Below are positions 13,301 to 28,300 of a stretch of DNA of 64,000 bases, piece by piece; the stretch's first letter is position 1, and each line of letters starts with the position of its first letter. The notes beneath the pieces were generated by a model. That model was not told where the DNA came from and ran no database searches. It was given only the letters and a program-made list of their open reading frames with translations. Both the position numbers and the translations under genes were made by a program. Location of the stretch: contig NC_092675.1 of the NCBI RefSeq assembly GCF_964355755.1, forward strand, positions 7,621,812-7,685,811, read 5' to 3'. The stretch is from Antedon mediterranea (Eukaryota; Animalia; Echinodermata).

Positions 13301-16300
13301 AATGCACATTAACAATAAGATCTGCTGAGTAGTAACTAATTATGATCAATCCTTTTGTAGAGTCTAGTAATTAATACAGGGGAACTGCAATCCACTGCCA
13401 TAGTATCAGAAATTGCTAAGGACCTGGGTTCAATTCAACAACAACCTAGGTTGTAATGCACGACTCTTTCAACTCCACTCCCTAAGCCTCAAATGAGACT
13501 TAGTTTGTAAGCACAATAAATTATTAAATAGTTATCCATCCTGTAATTGAAGAGTTACTCGCTGTTGGATGTGTATGAAATCTATACAAAAAAAACAAAA
13601 AAAATGAGACACTCCTCGACCATAGTTCTGGCAAGGAAGAACTAAATGTAAGAAAGTAGATGTAAATTCACTCTTCCCTTGTCCATTTAACCCTGTCATT
13701 TCACTGTGTTCAGTTACTACATCCATATTATGGAAGCTACAAGAGTAGCCCTATATTCCAATGGAATAAGAAGAAACTAACTATATGGCAGTCTACCCAT
13801 CATCCAAAAGAGACTATAAACAATCCATATTGGACAAAATGTGGATTACTTCAGTTGATGTTTCCGCGTTTATAGTACTATCAATAAAATATACATGCAT
13901 GTATGTATCAATTCCAAAAATTATATAAGAAAAATATTCATAATAGAATATATTTAGGCTGAATGCACCAATGCGTAACCAATTTGCTTTTTTTTGTAAC
14001 ACGCACGAGACAGGAAGTACAACATAACCAAGGCCGTAGTGAGAGTTTAAAAACAGACGAGGCAAAGATGCTTTAAATATAATTATTATTTCATAAAATA
14101 TAACGATCTGTGCTGAGGAATTGGGGTGGGTGAAGACAATTTTAATCCAAACCATTCCTATACTATGCAAATTTATCACACATCTATGCTAGTATAATAA
14201 AATATCGTATACTCTATCTCTAACAAATATTTCAATCTACTATCAACTAAAGCCGAAGTATAGTCGTTATCTCGGAACCATTCTACTGTCACCACCAGGT
14301 AGGCTTGTTTCATCAGTGCTTCTGTGAAGGGATTAGTTGGGAGCAGGAACGCCAGTAGACCAAACCAAATACTGTTTTGATTAAGATCATGCTGGAAATT
14401 ACCTCAAGAAAATTGAAAATTTTAGTAAGGATGGCTCTGGCCCTGATAACATTCTACAATAAGACTTGGTACTACTACTAGCTCTGTTATTGGTCTAGTG
14501 AAGCATTTGGTACTGGACCATGGCATTGGTAAGGAAGCACCCAGGTACTCATTTATTTGCCTTTTAAACATACTATATAAAGCTCTGTCTGCACTATCAA
14601 ACTTTATGTGACAACAAATGTGATGTGCCCAAATATGGTAGTAATATGACATTATCATGTCCATATATGGGCACATCATATTTTTTTTGTCACAGAAAGT
14701 TTGATAGTGTTGACAGAACTTATAAAATAGAAACATGGAGAATAGATTAAATGACAAGGCTAACATTGAAATACACTTTATTAACATGGATCCATCAAGG
14801 CAAACTAATCAATGCACTTACAATCTTCTAATACCTACCTCATAATTTATTCGGAACTTGTTAAAAAAGTCCAATTCGTGAAACATGCGGATTCCCGCGA
14901 TCAGCATATCATCTTCTGTAAACCTGAGTTCATTGAATGAGAACTTTGCCAAACCTAATTCAGTATTTGACGGGATAGACATTTTCTGTAAACAAAAAGA
15001 TACAGAGTGAAATAATGAGAAATGCTGTTTATATAATACTTAAAGGTGCATTCACACTGGATTAAAAAAAGGAAGATTTTATCATGACTATTAGTAATTA
15101 TGAGTAAATATCAAAGCAGCTCTAAATTAAATTTAACACAGCTATTCAATGTAAGTCAGTAAGACATACAGCTCACAAATTGTTTAAAAACAACAATTCT
15201 ACTTAAAAAGTTTAACTCTGTCAAACATGTTGTTGAGTGCTTGTGAATGTTAAATGTATTATTCTGGCCCTCAAGCTTAACTGTAAATTGAGGAAATTCG
15301 GATTAGGCCCTCCACGAACCCACGGCAGCCAGCAGTGCAGCGCCTACCAGATCAGTACACTGGGAGACGATCTCCTACTCTTTTCAAATAGTGTACCAAG
15401 TTATATAATGTGCACTACTAAGTACACGGGACCAACAGCTCATCCCATCCAAAGGATGAGGCAATGAGAGTAAAACCTTTAGGATGCAATTAGTATGGTA
15501 CAGAAACCTCGAACCCATGCCTATCACCTGATAGTCTGATATTATCATTACATCATCACTCTTTGGTATATATACAGCACCCGCCGCTATTTATGGTCTC
15601 CCATCCAGAACGCAACCGGGCCCAACATTGCTTAACTTCGGTGATCTGACAAGAACCGGTGTTTCAACGCATATATATACATATGAAGTTTTAAGTTCAT
15701 GCTTATTTATTTGCCCAGGTAAGTTTGTTTCATTTTAATATGACTAGATTTACCTTAAGTCTTAATGCCTCTTCTTGAGAAGCTGTCGCATGGTATGAAA
15801 GTGTCTGTAAAATAAAACATTGATACCAAATGATATTCATGATATAATGTATAAATAATTTTTAAATATTCTACAGTAGATATTAATACTATTATATTTT
15901 TATTGAAAAATATTACTCATCCCATAATGCTAATTTAAAATAAAAATATTTTGATACAAAAGTCAGCAATAAAAATAAAATTTGAAAAAAAGGTAATTGA
16001 AATTAGGTTAGGTACGAATTACTTTTTCTACTGCTACTCGTGGTAAGGCCGTATGTTACGTTATAGCATTAATGCACTTGTCAATTGCATGACCCACTAT
16101 ACGACCCCCGGGAGAGGTGCGTCATTTTTCCGATGTGCGTCATACTTTTGAATACCATGACGCACCCGTGCGTCAAAAAGGTGACTTACCTTTAGGTGAC
16201 CATGACGCACCCATTTTGACGCACAGTGACCATGTTGTTTATGATATGGTGGGTGGTAAAGTGACGGACATTGACACACCTTGTTCATTGATGTGACGTA

Positions 16301-19300
16301 CCATCTAGGTTTTTTGACGCACCCCTGCGTCAGTAATTATTTATAAATGACGCACCCATGACGCACCTCTCCCGGGGGTCGTATAGTGGGTCATACAATT
16401 GACATGTGCATAAACAAATGTAATATACTGCAGTACTACAGTAGAATGATGACATGGTCACTCATGTGTAAAAACAAGACAAGCAACCTATCTCATTGTA
16501 ATACTAAACTAATATTTATGAATAACTAAGGCTTGCAAGAATTAGGGCACACCGATAAATAGTACTTATTCCAAGCATGGTAATTCCTGATTAATGATCT
16601 ACTATGACTACTATAGTATATAATTTGCTTAGATACACGTATTGAGCTCTGTCTACACTATCAAACTTTATGTGACACAAAAATGTGATGTGCTTATATA
16701 TGGACATAATGATGTCATATCACTACCATATTTGGCCACATCACATTTTTTTTGTCAAACTAGTTTGATAGAGTAGACAGAGCGTGATACTTTTGTGTTT
16801 AGTGGATCTTAATGGTTTTTTTGTTTTTGTTTATTACAATTACAATACATTTTTGCTCAAATTAATAGCTGTTAAAGGCTACAGTATCTTGTCTATAATA
16901 CCTTCGGGAGATAATTTATCAGCTTGCGATGTAAACATTAGAAATCGCTTTAAAAGAAATATGAAATGTTAAATGACCCATGCAACTGCCTAAAGAATTG
17001 TACCCTGGAGAAGGAAGACTTTTATCTCAAGATTCATAACTAGTTTGGCAGTTAATTTGTACAGACGAGACTGGCTTGCCAAATAGGCCATAAGAGAGGC
17101 CATCACAACTAATAGAAAAACTCTGCCTGTAATGGTAAATCTATGCACTACCAGGATATATTTTTTACGCATTTAGCTGGAGAAACATAACGAAACTCCT
17201 ATGATTATTAAGAGACTTAAGAGATCTGTATATTATACTATGTTGGAATACACTACAAATAATAAATAAATAATCAAATTCTAGGTGCTAATAATGGTAG
17301 TGAGTTTAAACAATGGAGGAAATAGTTTGACTTAAAATTAGAATTTAGACCAACTTACTAACCTCTAAAGCAACACGTTGCTTGGCAACAGCTCTGCAAG
17401 CATTCTCATACATGTGTGTGTTTGTTATGCCAAGTCCACAAAAAATTGCAAATGCCTGCAAAAACATAAAAAAAAAACATAATTAAACGCAAAACTACAA
17501 TTAAATAAGTATTAGGTAATGTTTAAAACAAATTAAACGCAAAACTACAATTACAATCTTACAATTAACTAAATATTAGGTAATGTTTAAAACAAAATAA
17601 ACGAATCAATTGAATAATATGGAAGATCTTTTTGTTTCGCAAAATTGAATGTATTTCTAAATGCAAGATTATTATCTAAACATCAGACTAGTGTCATAAA
17701 ATACATTCAGAAGTAACATCAATAAATTATAGGAAGTTTAATGAGTATCGACTGATTGCAATGCCAGTGATGTCACATCATACCAGACAAAGGTCATCAC
17801 AATGTACCATTTACAAATTTTCATATTATAGTATGTATATAGGTTAATTTTCTCATTTTCTAAATTAGCAATTTAAAATCAAAGTGCGTATCCACCACAC
17901 TAAGTAAATGTAGATAGAGGGTACTTATAGTACTGTATCTAAAATTTGCCCAGTATCATAGGAAAATTCTGTAACACAGTTGTATCATAGATGATAAGCC
18001 TAACCCACCCTTCTGTAACATAACACAGGGGTCACATGTGATACATGTATTGAAACATTTGCCTATTATGATAAACTGGACATGCCATGTGGAAATATAA
18101 TACAGAGAATCGGTCATAGGTGGGCTAAATTAAAAAAACAAATCTACCAAAATGCCCATCTTGTTTAAACCTACTTTTATTAGTTAATTGCTCTAAAAGC
18201 TCTGCCTACACTATTAAACTAGTTTGACAAAAAAAGTGTGATGTGACCAAATATGGTAGTGATATATATAGGCACATCACATTTTTTGTTGTCACATAAT
18301 GATGTATACAGAGCTTTATTTAAACCTTAAAAAATCAACATTACCTCAAACATCTCTTCATCATTCTTGTTGAAAGCAACTCCGTCTATTTTGTTTACAA
18401 GTAGACTGACGCCCACGATGGTGCCATTTGCATTCCTTATTGGCATGCACAACATTTGTTTTGTTCGGAACCCTGTTTGCTCGTCACACTGTGGATTAAA
18501 AAAATGGTATTAAATGCAGATGTTTACATTTTGTAATTTTTGTAAATATAAACAATGAATATTGAATTAGTCAACACTTATTAATGGGTTATCTTAACTG
18601 TCAACAATGGTAGGTGATCTAACTTTGGGCCAGCCCAGGGCTGGTCTAAACGTTTTGGAGCATTTAAACTTCCAATAAGTAAATATAGTTGGTTTCTATG
18701 TGTGACAAATATATGTACTGTTATGCTGACAAACCAATTGAAATATGCAATATTTACCCCAATTTTGCACAAGCTATCACAAGACTGAATTGGCTTGTAG
18801 ACATGTGCAAATGTAATAGCTCTATGCTCTATTGATGTGTTGGTATATTGCAATTTTAAATGGTGTGTGTTTAGGTACTCTAAGAAAAGACGTTTTCCCC
18901 CTATCTATGATGTATGGAAATGCCATTTGCATATTGGCTCAAACATGCAGCTCTTTCTTCTAGTAGGCACTCATAAACACATGATTTTTTGTTATATCAA
19001 GCCATTGCATATTAGGTCAAACATGTCAAATTCACAAAAACCAGCAGTTGCAGCCAGCTTTCAAACAGAACAATTTCATTTACTCTGGCTGGCATTCATT
19101 CAAGCATTGATTCACTTCCCAAAGTCCCTGGGATTACGTGCGGCTTAATTTAATTGGTGAGTACATTACGAGACAATCATTCATAAACAAAAACCAATTG
19201 AAACTGATGTTGATGGATTAGAATAACCAGATATTATAAGAATGTTAAATAATTAAATTTACAGTACTGTGAATACTAGAGATACAGAATGGACACATAT

Positions 19301-22300
19301 GTATAAGATATACTGTATTTCTGAAAAACAAGACAGAACTACTCGAGCTACAAAGAAAGCCGTAAAAATGTAAAAATCAATTTATATTTGTCCTAGATAT
19401 TATTTCATTGTCTTTCAGTACCCCCCATGAGAATAAGTGGCTTAATGTGTTAACGCTATATCACATGTTTACGAGACTATAAACTATGACACGCAGCTCG
19501 CACTGAATGAGCCTGTGACGTTTGTTGTGACAGAATACGGTAAAGGTCATGTTCATCTACTAGTTACTTGTCAGATGCATTCAATGCTAAAAATACATTA
19601 TTGACAACATATAAATGTAATAAATCTTATCAAGTTGATTTTGAATTGCCTTATTGTCTTATTTCTATTGATCTGATTTTATACTTAATTTAATTCCAAG
19701 GAAATGAGTTATGTCATCCATATCATATTCAACTAAATTGTTGAACGAAAGTGTTAAGAAAATACATTTTTCATTTTTGTTTAAATTTACGATCAGCCAG
19801 ACTGTGTAATACTAATAAATCTTGTTTAAAGTCATTAACTGCAGACAACCAGTGGTGGATATGTATCAGAGAGTTACGTTGGCAGAGAAGGAAGAAAAAG
19901 AAAATGTGACCAAACTTTAAAGCTATGTCTACACTATCAAACTAGTCAAGCAATTTAAAAGATAACTTGAGACGTTTTATATTTTATTCTTTATATAGTA
20001 TTTTAATATTTATACTGTTCATAATGTTTTATACATAGCATATTTTCTTATATATTATCTTATCCATTGTATAGTATTGTATGTTTTTAACTGTTGTTAT
20101 TTTTATTGTAATTTCAACCTTGGAAGGCAAATTTCATTTACTGTGTATTTGACAATAAATTTGAACTTGAACTTGAACTTGAACTAGTTTGAAAAACAAA
20201 GTGTGATGTGCCCAAATATGGTAGTGATATGCCCAAATATGGTAGTTATATGACATCGTCATGTCTATATATGGGCACATTTATTGTCACATAAAGTTTG
20301 ATAGTGTAGACAGAGCTTTAGGGAAATGTATTTAAGTTTAAAAAAATATTTCTAATACATAATTTCTCCTTACCTTTGAATCAAATTTCGGCTCATTATA
20401 TGCATCTGATATATTCAAAGTCTGTAAGATAAAATTGGATTGGATTTTCATTATTAAAAGACTCTGAGCTTTTATAACAATATTACAAATTAACTTTTGT
20501 CATGTTTGGTTGCTTAATCTCCTGTATGTTGATTTTTAAAATTACCAGTTAACTTGAAGAAAGTTATGCTTGGTTGAACAGTTCTAGGGTTTTAGGCTGG
20601 CCAATTTCTATATAATACATATGTGACATTCAGTCTTCAGAGCTAGCTTCTAGTAAAATTTGTTTGAACAGTTCCAAATTCTTAGGTTACCAATTTCTAG
20701 AGTTTGGTTGCATGTATTCATATAGTTGTGTATGGTTGAATGGTTACTGTAATGTATTACGGGTAATAGTTCCTCTCATTCAGTCTTCAGGGCTGCCAGA
20801 AAAATTCTACTCATGTTTGGTTTCAGATTCTTAGGCAACGACTTCTAGAGTTTGCTTGCTTAGGGGTTAGATCTTTATCCATTAGTTACCAGCCAACTTC
20901 TACAAAGTCATGTTTGGTTGCACAGTTTCAGGTTTTTATGCCTTATTTGTTTACTGCAATGTATTGTGGGTAATAGTTTCTCCCATTCAGTCTTCAGGGC
21001 TGCCAGAAAAATTCTAGTCATGTTTGGTTTCAGATTCTTAGGCAACCGACTTCTAGAGTTTGCTTGCTTAGGGGTTAGATCTTTATCCATTAGTTACCAG
21101 CCAACTTCTACAAAGTCATGTTTGGTTGCACAGTTTCAGGTTTTTATGCCTTATTTGTTTACTGCAATGTATTGTGGGTAATAGTTTCTCCCATTCAGTC
21201 TTCAGGGCTGCCAGAAAAATTCTAGTCATGTTTGGTTTCAGATTCTTAGGCAACGACTTCTAGAGTTTGCTTGCTTAGGGGTTAGATCTTTATCCATTAG
21301 TTACCAGCCAACTTCTACAAAGTCATGTTTGGTTGCACAGTTTCAGGTTTTTATGCCTTATTTGTTTACTGCAATGTATTGTGGGTAATAGTTTCTCCCA
21401 TCCCGTCTTCAGGGCTGCCAGAAAAATTCTAGTCATGTTTGGTTCCAGATTCTTAGGTAACCGACTTCTAGAGTTTGCTTGCGTAGGAGTTGGGTCTTTT
21501 TCTATTCAGTTACCAGCCAACTTCTACAAAGTCATGTTTGGTTGCACAGTTTCAGGTTTTTACGCCTTATTTGTTTACTGCAATGTATTGTGGGTAATAG
21601 TTTCTCCCATTCAGTCTTCAGGGCTGCCAGCAACATTCTAGTCATGTTGGTTGCACAGTTCAAAGTTTGTAGGCAGGACAACTTCTATGTGTTAAGTTGC
21701 ATACAGTAGGTAATATCTTTTCCATTCACTCATCAGTTGTTCTTCTAAAATTCATCTTTGGTTGCACATTTCAAAGTTTGTAGGCAGGACAACTTCTACA
21801 GTTGGTAGCATACAGTGTAATATTTGCTCCCATTCTTCAGAGCTCATGCCAGCGATCACACCTAGAAAATTATTTGTGAATCCAGAGTAGCTTCCAGTTT
21901 ATCCTACAATCTACGATCCTCTGGGGAAAGTCCGTGTTTGGCTAGTTAGCTGGTTAGAAAGTAGTTTGTTGCATGACACTATTATTTTCCTTCAGTCCAA
22001 ATTGCCAGCCAAAGTGTAGCCACCATGCCATTCACTTAACAGTTTTTTGTGTCATAAATACACATTTTTCCAACATTTGATAGATCTACAAACAACCTTT
22101 AGCTGACACTAATAATAAACTTTCTTCTCATAAAAAAATAATGTTAAATACATTCTTGAAACACATCTTGGTCTGAACTCTGATATTTAAAGTTACACTT
22201 TTGAACTGTCAGAAAAAGATCTTTTGTAATGTTTACTTCAATAAAGGACACTTATGTTAGTAAAATATATTAAATATACTATTTTATAGAGTATTAACCT

Positions 22301-25300
22301 TTATTAAAGGGACATTTTTGGAACTAAACAAATAGTAAATAGGTGTGCTAGTGTTAACAAATATATAGCTCGATGTTTGATTCACAAGTCCCTTATAATA
22401 GGTTCTACTGTTATAATAATTTAAAAAAAAAACAATATTCAGTTTTAAAAAAATGATTTAAAAAGAAGAAACATTTCCATGTAGTAATGTACAATCTGTT
22501 ATTTCTAAAAAATACAACAATAACTGATTACTTTTATTGATTTTAGTTTAGTATTCATGAAACATAACTATTTTAAATGTTAATGCCAGGACTCTGTAGA
22601 AGTTATACACTAATGGACTTTAATAGTAACATAGCCATGTTTAATGTTTAGCTACTGTATAAAGTAGGTCTGTTTTCTAGACATGCTTGTATGAACAACT
22701 CATTTACATGTCTACAGCAATATAAAATGTACAATAAAATTATTTTCATCAATAAGGGAATTTGTTAAACTGTTCCCTTTCTCCACATTTTGTGGTTATC
22801 AGAATTTCAGTTAATCTTAAGAAATACAACTTCCTGATGAAAACCAATATATCAGTGGATAGTTATATATACAGCACTTTAGTCGTGTAATTCATATTAA
22901 ATCATACTAATAACTTTAAGGTTTAAATTTAAATTAAATCACATCTAAAAATAAACAATGGTTATTTATACTACAATGAAATAGATACAGTAGAACATCT
23001 ATAATTAATCAATAACAACAACACCACCACAAACAACCATTATTTAAGGTAAATTAATCAATTAAAGAAGATATATAGAGAAAATTGTATACATTTGCCT
23101 GTTAGAATGTTTAAATTATTCAATAACTGATTTAAAAATAGTAAATTTTTGAAATTTGCAAATATATACAAAATGTGCATGTTACATTTGTTTCTATTTA
23201 ATAATGTATGATTATAGAGCCAGGTTTGAGTATTTATTATAAAAGGAGCACATTCCTTCATAATAACGACGACATAACACGTAGAACTTGAATTCCGTAA
23301 TGACGTTGTAGCGTGAGACAATGAAAATTGACACTTGATAATGTTTTAAAAACCATACCTTGGGGAAATGTTAAACAAAAAGTAGAGCAGCAAAAAATCA
23401 TATTGAGAAGTTACATCAATTTTTAATTAGTTTAGTGATTTTACAAAAACAAAACATGATATGTAAGTTGTGTTTATTGATTTAAAATAACAATACAGTA
23501 GACCTCTATTAAGGGGACACTTTGGCATCCAACAAAGGATCTCTTAATAAAATGTCCCCTAAATAGGGATTAAATGTAGCGTTAAAACATATACAGTACA
23601 ACCTCTATTAAGAGGACACTTTGGCATCTAACAAAGGATCTCTTAATAAAATGTCCCCTAAATAGGGATTAAACGTAGCGTTAAAACATATACAGTACAA
23701 CCTCTATTAAGGGGACACTTAGGCATCCAACAAAGGATCTCTTAATAGAATGTCCCCTAAATAGGGATTAAATGTAGCATTAAAACATATACAGTACAAC
23801 CTCTATTAAGGGGACACTTAGGCATCCAACAAAGGATCTCTTAATAAAATGTCCCCTAAATAGGGATTAAATGTAGCGTTAAAACATATACAGTACAACC
23901 TCTATTAAGGGGACACTTTGGCATCCAACAAAGGATCTCTTAATAAAATGTCCTCTAAATAGGGATTAAATGTAGCATTAAAACATATACAGTACAACCT
24001 CTATTAAGGGGACACTTAGGTATCCAACAAAGGATCTCTTAATAAAATGTCCCCTAAATAGGGATTAAATGTAGCGTTAAAACATATACAGTACAACCTC
24101 TATTAAGGGGACACTTTGGCATCCAACAAAGGATCTCTTAATAAAATGTCCCCTAAATAGGGATTAAATGTAGCATTAACACATATACAGTACAACCTCT
24201 ATTAAGGGGACACTTTGGCATCCACAACAAAGGATCTCTTAATAGAATGTCCCCTAAATAGGGATTAAATGTAGCGTTAAAACATATACAGTACAACCTC
24301 TATTAAGGGGACACTTAGGCATCCAACAAAGGATCTCTTAATAGAATGTCCCCTAAATAGGGATTAAATGTAGCATTAAAACATATACAGTACAACCTCT
24401 ATTAAGGGGACACTTTGGCATCCAACAAAGGATCTCTTAATAAAATGTTCCCTAAATAGGGATTAAATGTAGCATTAAAACATATACAGTACAACCTCTA
24501 TTAAGGGGACACTTAGGCATCCAACAAAGGATCTCTTAATAGAATGTCCCCTAAATAGGGATTAAATGTAGCATTAAAACATATACAGTACAACCTCTAT
24601 TAAGGGGACACTTTGGCATCCACAACAAAGGATCTCTTAATAGAATGTCCCCTAAATAGGGATTAAATGTAGCATTAAAACATATACAGTACAACCTCTA
24701 TTAAGGGGACACTTTGGCATCCAACAAAGGATCTCTTAATAAAATGTCCCCTAAATAGGGATTAAATGTAGCGTTAAAACATATACAGTACAACCTCTAT
24801 TAAGGGGACACTTAGGCATCCAACAAAGGATCTCTTAATGGAATGTCCCCTAAATAGGGATTAAATGTAGCGTTAAAACATATACAGTACAACCTCTATT
24901 AAGGGGACACTTAGGCATCCAACAAAGGATCTCTAAATGGAATGTCCCCTAAATAGGGATTAAATGTAGCATTAAAACATATACAGTACAACCTCTATTA
25001 AGGGGACACTTTAGCATCCAACAAAGAATCTCTTAATAGAATGTCCCCTAAATAGGGATTAAATGTAGCATTAAAACATATACAGTACAACCTCTATTAA
25101 GGGGACACTTAGGCATCCAACAAAGGATCTCTTAATAAAATGTCCCCTAAATAGGGATTAAATGTAGCATTAAAACATATACAGTACAACCTCTATTAAG
25201 GGGACACTTTGGCATCCAACAAAGGATCTCTTAATAAAATGTCCCCTAAATAGGGATTAAATGTAGCGTTAAAACATATACAGTACAACCTATTAAGGGG

Positions 25301-28300
25301 ACACTTTGGCATCCAACAAAGGATCTCTTAATAAAATGTCCCCTAAATAGGGATTAAATGTAGCATTAAAACATATACAGTACAACCTCTATTAATTTTA
25401 AATACTGTAATTTGTAAATGTTTGTAACATTTGCAATTATAATAAAATAGAAATTTAAAAAGTAAATAAACAGTTTGTTGTTCTCATAATACTCATAATA
25501 AATGCACCTTATCTTTTTATGATTTGTTTCAAAAAATAGACATTTAAAAGACAATTGAGGTGATTAAATTTAATAAGTATTGTCACTAATTGTGACCTGA
25601 TCGAGTAATGCTGCCCCCAAGGGCTTTACAATGATGCACATACTACGCAAAAACAAACATGCAATACGCTTTACTCTACTCAAGCAAAAAACTCACAATT
25701 AGCATTGCCTTACAAAAGGTTGATTTACAGTTCGCAATTCTTATTCAACTGTCACAAATATTCCCCTGCGTGTCAAGGAAAATACGGTCGTAGATAGATG
25801 AGGCAGCTTACTACGAAACTATGCGGTGTAAATCACTCTGCGTTTAAAACAATTAGCATAATATGTGCTGTGATCCCTGCTGGCCAAATGCTATAAACCT
25901 TCCAATTGGTTTTATTGCGATTAATTTCCACGAATAAACACTTCGAAGATGACATTATCGCAATGTCATCATTTGGAAAACACTTTAATTAGATTTGATT
26001 TATGCGAGTGCTTTGCTATACCAATGCGCTTTTAATTACAGGCCCATTCGAGTGAGATATCTTTCGTCTGGAATGTCCTTCTTGTTTCTAGAGTTATATC
26101 CTGGTGGTTCCTTGTAGCTTTAAATAGCGTTGGATATTTTCAAAAAACTACTAAACTAATCTACTATGGATATTATATCAAATGTTTAGATATATCTTTG
26201 ATAACCTTTCCAAAACTGTTAATAATGTTAATAAACTTTCAATGGATTTACTGTAGTTATGACTAGAACTAACTTGCGTAAAATTACCTTAATTCATGAA
26301 CTTGTTTTACGTTGTCCTGGCATATCTTTTATGATTATTCTAATTAATAAATTTTGTTGACAAATGCAATTAAAGTGTTGGATAATCTGTAAGAATCTCC
26401 AAATAGTCACACGATCTCATTAATTCTATTCTGGATCCTATTTTTAATACTATTCAGATACAAAGGCTATGTTCCTATTCCTGTTATTATCCTCATGAAA
26501 GTAAATCCTGTTTTCAATGTGTTCATTATTAAATCCAAAGTCCACATAGGCTGCCATCCATCTGTATGTATTACTTCACCTTTCCTAATAGTCCAGATGT
26601 CTATCATAGCAAAAATGATTATTCTGTATTTAAAGAATAGACTTTTGTTTTGTGACACGGTTTGATAATCTAAATTATTCTTGCAGATAGTGATACCCAT
26701 AACTTCATCCATGTGATAAATAGTTCAGTTTGATAATCTCAATTAATGTTATTTAATCTGGTAGTGATCTTCAATCACTACAGTATGTAATAAATCCATG
26801 GTACAGTGAATATTCCATATCTTTGCTCCTTTTTTTTTATATACAAAATCCAATTTTTGCTACGGCTACAAGGTAAATCTCAAATCAACTTTCATTGTAC
26901 TCATCATTGGTAATTAGCGATCATCACTACTTTTAATGGCCTAATCTTTATTTTAGTAAATCCACTTTACGACATTTAGTAGAATTCTCGACAGTCAAAT
27001 CTAACAACGTGGGTGGAACTATCAGAGATTGGATTATGAGGTTCAAGTTAACCTTACATATGACAAGATGTCAACTACTCACACAGTGAGAACTAGCATT
27101 GAATACAACAAGCTAGGCCTCACATTCCTGTCCAGAATTAGTACATATAAGGGATTTTCAACTAAAGAAACAAAGCCTTGTAGAATTCAATGTGATAAAT
27201 GCTATATAGAACATGGTTTTGAACTATAAATCATTCACACAGTATAATGATAATAGATTTGTCTCAAAGGAACAGTGGACATCTCTCTCTCTCTATAGCA
27301 TCCTTCATGTCATGTGGTTTTTCTACACATTGTCAAAAACTAGATCTTACCTGCCCTGTGGTAGCCACAAATCCTGTAATACCCATATGTACAGGGAAAC
27401 GACATGAGGAACTGTGAAATGAGAAAACAGAATATTGATTTAAAAATGTATTAACTGCAATATGTTTGATATTGTATTAAAAAACATCTATTAAAATCTC
27501 AGGAAAATTGCAGCTTTCAAGAGATTGCTATCTCAGTAGTGTTAGAATATTGCGGTTTCTTAAACGTACTGTAAAACTTAGGCCTGTTGATATTTACCCA
27601 GGTAAGTTGGTTTTACTGATAACTTTGGTGGGCAGAAAAAAGAAATGAAATGCCTAATAAAAAGAAATGCCTAAAGATTGCTCAAAGTATGCATTTAAAA
27701 ATATATATAAATTGAAAATAATAAACTTAAAGTTAAAATATGTATTACTTTCATGTGTATTTAAATTTTGCACTGATTGCTTGCTGGAGGAGAAGAGTGA
27801 TTGTTTGAACTCTCACATATGTTTCCTAAAATCAATTTGTGTGCACTTAATAACGAGCTAGGGTGGTATGCCCTGGAAAAATGAACAACTTGGGGGTTTT
27901 ACTGGTGTCATATTGAAAGATCTGTAAAGTACATGTGAGCCAGTGAAGGTGAAATTCGCACATATTCAACACCTATTTAAATATATGTAGGGGTAAAGGT
28001 GTACATTTCTGCCTCCACATTCACACTTTGCTATTACACGTTTGGATAGTTAGTATTGACAGGATGCTTATATCTAGATATAAATAAGCAAGATAAATTG
28101 CTTATTGACATATTTTAATAAATGATTAAAACATTTTTAAAAGAAATGGGAAAAAAAACATAGGTGCATTCTTTATATGATATAACAAATGTTTATTAAT
28201 AAACTATTTTTAGAATATTACATCTTTATTACAGTTATTTTCTAGAGATAAGAAAAAGAAAACATAGGTCTTATTTTTATATTATTTATAAAAATATTCT

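Noticed and set aside
15572-15670. Functional 5S rRNA gene
   Set aside because: 5' end missing, substitutions in the internal control region, no T-run terminator, not in a tandem array
23496-25407. Regular palindromic repeats resembling a CRISPR array (also 60990-62182 and 40105-40635)
   Set aside because: The spacers are not unique, whole units repeat, there are no cas genes and the context is eukaryotic intron
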